Source: Phaeosaccion multiseriatum
Lineage: Eukaryota > Protista > Ochrophyta, other classes
Assembly (NCBI GenBank): GCA_965112735.1
Contig: OZ218952.1
Location: forward strand, 5,270,001 to 5,334,000
Reading direction: 5' to 3'
Length of the DNA: 64,000 nt
Part shown: positions 49,191-59,800 of the stretch, piece by piece
Layout: each line of letters opens with the position of its first letter
Position numbering within the stretch: the stretch's first letter is position 1
Notes under the pieces: model-generated
Told to the model about the DNA's origin: nothing
What the model saw: only the letters and a program-made list of their open reading frames with translations
The model's database searches: none
Made by a program: the position numbers and the translations under genes

Positions 49191-52100
49191 ATGCCAGGCA
49201 TAGACAGTCTACGCTCAGGCAAGAGTGGAGGGAGGGCCCGACTGATGGGCACAGCGTTGGGAAAGCACCACGAGGTGAAGGGCACGCAATCCCCTCTTGC
49301 TGCTTTGGGTGGGGGTGGCGGTGGGCCACATGAGGAGGTGGTAGTCGAAGGATGGGAGGGGCTTCTCGGGGATTCTGAAGCGGACAGTGGGAAGCGCTAT
49401 GCCTCCCCCACCCTGCCGGTGCTCTGGTTGCTGGGGGCTTTCGTGTGTGGGCTCATCGCCGTCTTGGGGGGAGAGTGGTTCATGAACAGCGAATACGTCT
49501 CTGGCTCCGGCAGCGAGTGGGCACAGTATGACGGGGGAGAGTTCTTCGGGCTTCTGCTGCAGGTGAGAGGGCATGACTTCCTGGAGATGGGGAGTAAGAG
49601 GGGGGTGGAGAAGGAAGTTAAAAGGCAGCAGGCCGGCCTGCTTTTGCAGGCTGAGTCGAAAGCCAGCACCTACCCTCTCTCACTCTCCACATCTCACCAC
49701 GAATCCACGCTCTTCCCTAGGGGCCCAGCCAGATCATAGCTCATCCGTTGCTCTTTTTTCTTTGCGTGGCAACTCGCCTCTCTTCCTTCCTCGCCCCTCC
49801 TCTTGCCTCCTCCTGCTGTGTCCAGTCAATCTTCTTCCCCGCGAGCACTGTGTGCCTCCTCTGCTTCGCCTTTACAAGCTTCAAGTCGGCGGGATGGCCC
49901 GCTTCTCTGCGAGTTATCGTGTACCTTTGCGTCATCGTGCTGCTGGTGACCAGCGCTGTCCTTGCTAGTGAGGAGTACACAGCAGGAGTCCTGACGTGCC
50001 TAGCGAGCTTCTGCGTCAACGGGGAGGACGATGACGATGGCATCAGCCCGTATATCACCACCGTGGCAATCTACTATGTGTTTACGCTTGTTGCCTTCAC
50101 CGTCGGGTTTGCCTTCCTCCTCATGCTGTCGCTGAGCGAAGTCCTGTTTGGAGGACCGGGGGGTGATGGCGGGCGGGGCGGAGCGCAGGCGAAGGGCGGA
50201 GAGCAGGCGAGGGGCGAGGGCCTCTCACTGAGGCAGCCCTTGGTGGGAGAAAGAGAAGGGAGCAGCTCCTCTTCGAAGGGTGACCCGGGAGGGGCTCCTT
50301 TCTCCTCGTCCGGGCAGGGTTTCTCGCTCCAAGAGCAGCAGCAGCAGCAGCAGCAACGGCATGTGGTGGGCAAGACCCTCCGCTCCTTGGAGAACCAACG
50401 ACTGAAGGAGCAGAGGCAGCGGCGCGTGGTGGGCGGCGCCTTGACACTCGTCGTGCTCTTCCCCGCCACCATGGTCGCCTCTTTCTCCGTGGGGGATGGA
50501 TGGCTGTACGCCACGCAGCCCAAACTCAAAGCCTATGCCTCCTCCTCCGTCTCCGATTCTGTGGGTCTGACCTGGAACCTTAAGTTCAGCGACAGTTACG
50601 TATGGAAGATTTACGGCGACATCCTCATGTATTGGCTCTTCGTGTACGGGTTGGTGTGTTTCGCACTCGCATCACACGTGCATAGGCCGCTGAGGGCCTG
50701 GGCGCACAGGAGAGTCTCTGTCTGGCCCACGGGTGGGTGGAGCGTGGGCGAGCTCTTCTTCCTCAGTTACTTTGGAGCCCTCCTGGTGGGCGAACTTAAC
50801 TACTGGTACGTAAGGGCATCTTGTGTCGGGGTCGGAGCCTGGGCAGGGTGTCAGGACACACACACCGAGATGTTGGGGGGTGTGAAGCGAAACTGAAGCC
50901 GAGGCAAAGGCTCCAGCTGTGCCACTTCCTTTCGTTTGCAAGGAGGCAGTAATGCTATCAAGTCTTGCCGTGTTCATCCTACCTTCGCTACTGCTCCCTT
51001 CTCTCTCTCCTGTCCTCTCCTCTCCTCTCCTCTCCTCTCCTCTCCTCTCCTCTCCTCTCCTCTCCTCTCCTCTCCTCTCCTCTCCTCTCCTCTCCTCTCC
51101 TCTCCTCTCCTCTCCTCTCCTCTCCTCTCCTCTCCTCTCCTCTCCTCTCCTCTCCTCTCCTCTCCTCTCCTCTCCTCTCCTCTCCTCTCCTCTCCTCTCC
51201 TCTCCTCTCCTCCCCTCTCCTCTCCTCCCCTCTCCTCCCCTCTCCTCTCCTCCCCTCTCCTCCCCTCTCCTCCCCTCTCCTCTCCTCTCCTCCCCTCTCC
51301 TCCCCTCTCCTCTCCTCTCCTCTCCTCCCCTCTCCTCCCCTCTCCTCTCCTCTCCTCCCCTCTCCCCCCCTCCCCCCCCCCTCCCTGTACCACACCTAAA
51401 CCTCGGCCAATACCCACTCTAGGTACTTTCGCCACGGATGGGAGGGCAAAAGCACTTCCTCCTACACCTCCACAGATCGCATGTCTCGGACGCTAGGGCA
51501 GCTTGGCAACCTCACCATGGGAGCCCTCACCCTCCCCACCACCCGCCATAGCGCCTTCCAGCCGCTCTTGGGGCTGTCCTGGGAGGCAATGGCGGCATAC
51601 CATCGCTGGCTTGGCCGCCTCTTCCTAGGGCTCATCTTTGCCCACATGGCATGCTGGTGGAAGGTTAGTCCGTCCGTCTGTCTGCTGCCATCTGCCTGTG
51701 CCTCACTCCTCTCGAGTGGGGAGCCAGTGGGAGAGTCGGAAGAAGAAAACCCGCTCCTTTGTGTATGTGTGGGCCTGCGTGTGTGTTTTTGTGCTCCATC
51801 ATCCTCGTCGTCGTCGTCATCATCCTCCTCACAAATCGAACCCAAAACCCAATGCACATCACATCGACACACACACAACACACGCACCCACACACACACA
51901 CACATCCATGCATCCACACACATATACACCCATGCACCCACACACACAACACACATCACATCCACGCACACACACACAACACATACACACACGCACACAC
52001 AACACATACACACATGCACACACACACACAATGCACACACACACATATACACACATACACACACATCACATCCACGCACACACACGCAATACACAACACA

Positions 52101-55100
52101 CATCCACACAAACACGCACGCACCAACCCGTCCACACGACGCCACAGGTGTGGGCCGAGCAAGGCTACTTCTCGCACGACTTTCCCATCGCCATCCCGAT
52201 GTACTACCACAGCGATAACTTCACCGTCCCCTTAGCCACCCTCACTTTCTGGACTCTGCTCATAACGCACGGCCTGCTGGCGCTCAAGCTGGTCCGTCGT
52301 CGCCATTTTGAGGTATTCTACTACGCCCACCACTTCTTCCTTGTGCTGTGGCTGGTCATGCTGTGGCATGCACAGAGCTGTTGGTACTACACGGGGGCGT
52401 CGTTGGTACTGTACGCACTGGACCGTGCCATGCGCTTCTCAAGCGGCCTAAGGAGAGCGGAGGTGTGTCAGGATCAGAGTCAGGGTCAGGGTCAGGGTCA
52501 GGGTCAGGGTCAGCGTCAGAGTCAGAGTTAGAGTCAGGGAGTCACGGTCAGGGTCAGGGTACCCCTGCCTGCCTACGCACACACCCACCCACACACACAC
52601 ACATGGTCATACGCCTGCTTCTGATAACACACCCACCCACGCACACACACACAGGTGGTCACCCTCTCTGCTGACAGCGACACCCGAATAACCCGCCTGG
52701 CCTTCACAGTGGCCTCTGGGCAGCAGCGCTGGCCCCTGCTCGGTCACCTCGGCCCCCTCCTCCTCCTCGGGGGCGGCAAGCAAGCGCCGCTCGGCCACGA
52801 CCCTGGGCAGTTTGTGTTCATCAATGTACCGGCGATAAGCGCTCTTGAGTCACACCCATTCACTGTCTCGTCGAGCCCCGGAGATGGGGTGTCTACTCTG
52901 CACATTAAGGCAATGGGAGGTGAGTGAGAGAGTGGTAGGCTCAGTGAGTGAGCGAGTGGGCTGGCTGAGTGGTGTGTGAGTGAGTGAGTGAGTGGGCTGA
53001 GTGAGTGAGTGTGTGAGTGAGTGAGTGAGTGAGTGAGTGAGTGAGTGAGTGAGTGAGTGAGTGAGTGAGTGAGTGAGTGAGTGAGTGAGTGAGTGAGTGA
53101 GTGAGTGAGTGAGTGAGTGAGTGAAGGAGTGAAGGAGTGACGGAGCCGTGAGTGGGCTGAGTGAGTAAGTGGTGGGCTCAGTGAGTGAGTGAGAGGGCTG
53201 AGTGAATAAGTGGTAGGCTCAGCGAGTGAGCGAGTGGGCTGAGTGAGTGAGTGTGTGTGTGAGTGAGTGGGCTGAGTGAGTGAGCGAGTGGGCTGGCTGA
53301 GTGAGTGTGTGAGTGAGTGAGTGAGTGAGTGAGTGAGTGAGTGAGTGAGTGAGTGAGTGAGTGAGTAAGTGAGTGAGTGAGTGAGTGAGTAAGTGAGTGA
53401 GTAAGCGGTGGGTGCAGTGAGTGAGTGAGAGGGCTGAGTGAGTAAGATGTGGGCTCAGAGAGTGAGTGAGTGGGCTGAGTGAGTGAGTGTGTGAGTGAGT
53501 GAGTGAGTGAGTGAGTGAGTGAGTGAGTGAGTAGGCTGAGTGAGTGAGCGAGTGGGCTGAGTGTGTGTGTGTGTGAGTAAGTGAGTGAGCGAGTGAGTGA
53601 GTGAGTGAGTGAGTGAGTGAGTGAGCGAGTGGGCTGAGTGTGTGTGTGTGTGAGTAAGTGAGTGAGTGAGTAAGTGAGTGAGTGAGTGAGTGAATGAGTA
53701 AGTGAGTGAGTGAGTGGGCTGAGTGAGTAAGTGGTGGGTGTAGTGAGTGAGTGAGAGGGCTGAGTGAATAAGTGGTGGGCTCAGAGAGTGAGTGAGTGGA
53801 CTGAGTGAGTGTGTGAGTGAGTGAGTGAGTGAGTGAGTGAGTGGGCTGAGTGAGTGAGCGAGTGGGCTGGCTGAGTGGTGTGTGAGTGAGTGGGCCGCGT
53901 GAGTAAGCGAGCATGACTACCCATATCAACAACTGCCACATCGTTGAGCCCTTGAAGCACCAACTTACACAGCCGCACACCTACTGCGAACACAGCAGTG
54001 CGCAGCCGCCAGGAATGCAAATATGAAGTCTTCTTTCTCAGGAGTATTTTACTCTTGACTCTCGACCCTCTGACTCAGGCCCAATCTCTCAGTGCTCACT
54101 CGTCCCCCCTCCTCCTTCCTTCCTTCCTTCCCACCTTGTCCAACACAAAAAGGCGACAACACTTTCACGAGGCGCCTCCTCCAACTCGCCTTGAGCTTGC
54201 AGAGCTCCATCAAGCCCGACAGCTCAGGCCATTCATCATCCCCCTCCTTACCCTCCTCACCCTCCCCACCCTCCTCACCCTACTCGGACCTCATCATCAA
54301 CGTCGAGGGCCCTTACGGCCTCAGCCTTGACTACTCGCAGTTCGAGTCGGTCGTTTTCGTCGCCGGAGGGATTGGGGTCACGCCGTGCCACTCGAGTTTT
54401 AGGTATTTGTATCACCTGCTTGCTGCTGGGGAGTCTGAGGAGGAGCAGCAGGGCGGGCAAGACGAGGAGGAAGAGAGAGGAAGCAGAAACAGCGGCAGCA
54501 GAGACCACGACGACGACAAGCGCAGCCTGCTCAGGTCTGTGTCGCTGGTGTGGATGGTGAAGGAAGAAGCAATGCTGGAAACCTTCGCCCCAACGCTATC
54601 GCTTGTCGCCCAGGACAGCCAGGTGAGTGCGTGAGTGGGTGAATGCGTGAGTGGGTGAGTGGGTGAGTGCGTGAGTGCGTGAGTGGGTGAGTGGGTGAGT
54701 GGGTGGTCTCGCGCAGCACAGTCTATGCCCTTCGCTGTGAAAGGAAGAAGGGGGGGGGCAAGCAAGATGGGGTATTGTGGGTATCACGGCAAGAGACACG
54801 CCGCGGGACCCTCTCGAACTAGTACCCCTCCTTCCCTCCCCTCCCTCACCTCCCCTCCCCTCCCCTCCCCTCCCCTCCCCTCCCTTCTCCCCCCTTCCCC
54901 TCCCCTCCCTTCTCCTCCCCTCCCCTCCCCTCCCCTCTCCTCTCCTCCCCTCCCCTCTCCTCCCTTCCCCTGCTCTCCCCTCCCCTCCTCTCCCATCAGG
55001 GCTCACGCTTCTCCACAGACCTATACGTCACTCAAGGAGCTTCATCACCATCGCTGACCTCAACCTTCCGCACCACCAAGGGCCGTCCTGACCTCTCCTC

Positions 55101-55236
55101 TAAGCTTGCTGCCTTGCAAGGCCTTGGTCAGAGAGCCCTTGTCTTTGTGTGCGGCCCTGAGGGGCTCCGAAGCGAGGTGGCGGCGCTGAGCGCTCGCTAC
55201 GGCCTAGGTTTCCACGGGGAGACTTTTGAGTTGTGA
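49191..55236 (+). CDS. Ferric reductase (FRE/FRO; NOX-superfamily flavocytochrome) with extended multi-TM N-terminus
   Basis: Exons ~49191(or 49245)-49562, 49721-50805, 51423-51663, 52149-52462, 52655-52919, 54153-54622, 55000-55236. Heme His pairs YHRWLG..AH and FYYAHH..WH; FAD motif PGQFVF..HPFTVSS; NADPH motifs VEGPYG, VAGGIGVTP, VCGP, FHGETFEL*. Confidence 0.9.
51005..51370. repeat. (CTCCT)n intronic satellite
   Basis: Pentamer array; similar arrays at ~13465-13660 and ~54830-54995. Confidence 0.95.
52920..53905. repeat. ~1-kb (GAGT)n intronic satellite with higher-order variants
   Basis: Starts at the donor GTGAGT (52920); recurrent variants such as GTAAGTGGTGGGCTCAG. Confidence 0.95.
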
Positions 55237-55301
55237 TGCAGGAAGAGAAGAGAGAGGAGAGGAGTGGAGAGGAGAAGTGTGAAGAGGAGCAGCACACACG
55301 C

Positions 55302-55338
<37 letters not shown>

Positions 55339-56808
55339 CGCCCCTCTCTCCCTCTCTCCGCCTTGGACCATACTGACGGGGTGTTCACGACCCTAAGACA
55401 TACGTATGGTCTACACGCAACAGCACCAGGGGAGACAGTGACAGTACTTAAGAAGAAGTCTCCCCACGCGATGTTCTAGAGGGCAGTGCATGCGGGTGGG
55501 AGGGCAGGCCTCCGGCAGGGGAGCGGAAGAAGCGAGGAGCGAGGAAGGGGCGCACCTCCTCTCGCCCTAGCTACCGCCACTACTCGTGTTGGTGTTGTAA
55601 GTCAGTGCCACGTGTGATCGATCGATGGATCGATCCCACAGACCATAAGGCAGTGACCCAAGTGGGCACTCTGCCCGCAGGTGCCCCCCCCTGGGAGGAG
55701 AGCCCTGGCTGGGCAGGGAGGGGGCCAGGCGATAAGTAGGGCATCCACCGTGCAGGCACCCACCGGGCAGTCGTCCAAGCACTATCGGCCGGCAAGACTG
55801 AGGAAGAGAGAGGTGTTCCGTGCGGGGGCTGTGAGCAGACTGCCCAAGCGATCCCTGAGAAGCGACAGCGACACAATTGGTGACACAGTTATCGACCCCT
55901 GATGCGCTAGCTATTGAGCTGTCGCTGTTGCCGGCGCCGGCCGTTACGCTATCATCAATTGATGCTTGCCAACGGGCCAATAGTCGATGCTCTCTCAGCA
56001 TGAAGCCGGCTGAAGGCCAGCCAGCCCACCCGGGAGCGAAGTGGCACTGGCGCAGATGATAGCTAGTATATATACTTCCGACAGCTTCTTTCTTACGCAA
56101 GCTGGTCTGGTCATCTGGCTAAAGCTACACCAAGGCGGGGGTCTAGCTTAAGCTGCATCAAGGTGGGCCTGTGTGTGCGCGCGTGGCTCCCCCTCAAAAA
56201 AATTAATGGGGCGTCAAAAGCGCCACACACACACACACTCAACCGCGAAATCACAGAAAGGCGAAAAGAAGCCAGAAGCCAGAAGCCCGGAGCCCCGAGA
56301 AGAAGAATGAAATTTTCGGGTAGTTGTAGTTGTCTTGCGGGGGCCGATCGGGATGATGCGGGCCGAAATCCACTCCCTTGCAGGCACTTTCGCCCACTTT
56401 CCTTTCAACATTTTCCCACACGAGAGCGAGAGGTAGGGAGAGAAATCACGTAACAGGTAAATTGTTTGAGAAGCGGCGGGCAAACCGGGAGAGGCACGGG
56501 CGGGTGGTGTGGTGAGGAAGAAAAGGGGGAGAAGGATTTTATCCGAATCGATTTTCCGATTGAGATTAGCGCCTGCCTTCTCTCCTCGCACATTTTATGG
56601 CTGCTTTGTCTCGCCGCAACCTCCTGTCTGCTGTGCGAATCCATTGCTCTGCAGGCTTCTGCTTTGATTCAGTTGAGAGATGTGGCAGATTTATCAAGCT
56701 CAAGTTGCGGAGCCTTCATGACGGCTTGTTATGTTTGGCCCCTGCCTGTTTCTTGCTTGCCTGCATTTCGTCGCAGCGGGCATTTGGAGAGTCTGCGAGA
56801 CTACAGCC

Positions 56809-59800
56809 ATGCTCTCCCCCGTGAAGCAGAACGGCTTCGGGAGGTGGTGGGCCCTCAGTCTGGTGCTGTGCCTCCTCGCAGCAACACCAGCCGCAGCTTT
56901 CCCGTGTTCCCCGGGCCAGCGAACAGGAACAGGCCCAATAAGCATGTTTTGTGAGTTCCAAGCAAAGTGGCTGGCTGCTGCGTGAGGCGTGGTGCAGCCC
57001 TGCCTAATTCGCTGCGCGCCGTCCAACCAGTAGCGCGTCTGCAGCCCACGGCCGGGAGGGAGGCTAGCCGGGTGTAGCGAGCTCTGAATGACTGTGAACA
57101 ACTGGAGCTGCATGTGCTAACGTCGCAGCCAATACTAGTAGGGGCTCAGGGTAATCCAACGGCTCAGGCTCAGGGTAATCCAACGTTATCTGAGCATAGC
57201 ACAGGCCATGCATGTGGAGCGACGCCCCTTTTTTTGCCTCTTGATTTTTTCTCTTTCCACCCCCTCTTCCGCTCGCTACGTCTATTTCAGCGTGTTTTTC
57301 ATGCGAGGCGGGCACATACCATCCAACGGGTACTGGTTCATGTGAGTCTCAAATCAAAGGTGCTGGCTGATGTGGGGCTTGACTTAGCGTTGCCGTATTT
57401 TTTGTAATTTTTTTTTTTGTCTGCCGCCCATTTACGCGATGGGTTGCCACGGCCAGGAGGGAGGCTGAAGGTATGCATGCAGCGAGCGAGGCTCTGAATG
57501 ACGGGAGCTGCAAGTAGAAGGCGAGGGTAGGGGTGTGGAAAACCTGCTTGCTTACCTCATCTTTTTCTTCCACCCCCTCTTCCGTTCGTCACGTGCACTT
57601 CAGCTTGCTTTGACTGCGCAGCGGGTACATACAGCGGGCCGGGTGCAGCATGTGAGTCTTAATGGGACTGGCTGATGTGGGGCTGACCATGGTGGTGCCG
57701 TTTTTTAAATTTTGTTTGTCTGCCGCCCATTTGCGCGATGGAGTGCCACGGCCAGCCAGCAGGAGGGAGGCTTACGGGCGGGGTGCACCCGCCGCCCTGT
57801 TGCGATGGGTCATCACGGCCAGGAGGGAGGCTCACGATATGTAGCGAGGCTCTGAATGACGGGAGCTGCATGCAGAAGGCGAGGGTGAGGGTGTCGATAC
57901 AGTCTGCTTGCTCGCCTCATCTTCTCTCTTTCCACATTCTCTCTCGCTCGTCACGTGCACTTGCTTCAGCCTGCGTCGACTGCGATGCGGGCACATACAG
58001 CGGGCCGGGTGCAACATGTAAGTCTTGAAGGGGCTGGCTGATGTGGGGCATGGTGGTGCCGTGTTTTGCTGTCCACGGCCTATTTGCGATGGGATTGCCA
58101 CGCACGGACAGGAGGGAGGCTTACGGGGTGTAGCAAAGCTCTGGATGACGGGAGCTGCATGCAGAAGGCGAGGGTGAGGGTTTCGATACAACCTGCTTGC
58201 TCGCCTCATCTTCTCTCTTCCCACACTCTCTCTCGCTCGTATCGTGCACTTACTTCAGCTTGCGACATATGCGAACCGGGTACATTCAGCGAGTTCAGTG
58301 CATCATGTAAGTCTTGAAGGGGCTGGTTGATGTGGGGCATGGCTGGAGGTGCCGTGTTTTGCTGTCCACGGCCTATTTGCGATGGGATTGCCACGCACGG
58401 ACAGGAGGGAGGCTTACGGGGTGTAGCAAAGCTCTGAATGACGGGAGCTGCATGCAGAAGGCGAGGGTGAGGGTGTCTACGCAACCTGCTTTTTCGCCTC
58501 ATCTTCTCTCTTCCCACTTTCTCTTGGTCTCGTCACGCGCTCTTCAGCTTCTTGCATAAACTGCCCACTGGGTACATACAACAACGAAGAAGGTGCATCA
58601 GGTCAGTCCGAATGGTGTTGGCTGATGTGTCTTGATATAAGGCCAACATAGCTATGTGGGGCATGGTGGTGCCGTGTGTTGTTAGCCGCCGCCCACTCTC
58701 ACTCTCGGACATCGATGCGCTTCATCGCTCAAGTTGTTTTGCCACAGCCAACCTTCTTGCCCCCCCCTTCCTCCCCATCATCCCTCTCGCTCGCTTCGTC
58801 TGCTCCAGCCTGCGAGGACTGCCAGTGTCAAGAGGGGATGGTATGCATCCCTTCGACGGGTGAATGTGGTGAGTGAGTGATGGCGCACGAATTCTGGAAG
58901 CTGTGTTCATTATCTAGCACCTTGCCTCTTCCAGCCACATGCGGGGAAGCAAGACACCCCACCCAGGCGGTTGATGTGTCCGTCGTTTTCGTTGTGCTTC
59001 ACGTGCCTGAGCTTGCTCAAGAGCCGTGCATCCTTAGCCCTGAACCCCCCCCCCCCCCCCCCGCCCTGGCCGCCCTTTCCCTGGGCCGGACTCTGTCTCC
59101 GTACCTGATTTCCGTCTGACTCTCCCTCTCCTCCCCCTTCTCTGACATCTCCCATCGCCCTGTTCTTCCTAACTTCCTCCACCCCCTCGTCCTCCTCATC
59201 CTTCTCTCCATCATCGACTCTTCCTGCCTCTCGCCCTGCCTCGATAAGCAACCCCCATCCCGTGTTTTTCCTCCTCGGGCAAGAGCCTCATCTCATCTCA
59301 CCTGACTGCCAGCTAATCAGCACCCCTTCTTCCTTGCCTCACCTGGCCTGGCCTGGCCTGCTGTTGTTCCGTGTGGCGAGTCCGACTTTCACGGAATAGC
59401 CCTCTCAGCCAGGCCAGCTGTATTGAAGGTGTATCCACCCGCCCACTAACGCGCCCTCGCACTGCTGCTCACCGCCCTCCTTTCCCTGTGCGGCCTCCTC
59501 ACTGCCCCTATGCCTATCGTAGAAATTTTTGGCAAGTAAGTACCCCCTCTGTGAAACTGATGGGAATAGTAGTACTGGAGCTCCCTGTGGACCTTCCCTT
59601 TCTCCTCATTTTATTGAGCCCCTCCTCCTGCTGCCTACGCGAAGCGCAAATGACGTCATTACAAACACACGTCCGTCTTGCCTGTCGATGCCCTTCCTCC
59701 TCGCCCCCCCCCTCGCTGATCTCACCCCTTTGCCCTTGCAGACGCGTCGTGATCGAAGTCGAGCAGGGCACGGCCCTCAATCTCGCAGAAGTCGCATGTT

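Noticed and set aside
14632-55236. Functional clustering of iron/heme genes (HugZ-like, ferric reductase) or ciliary genes (TTL, Tubby)
   Set aside because: Separated by many unrelated genes; no evidence of a cluster.
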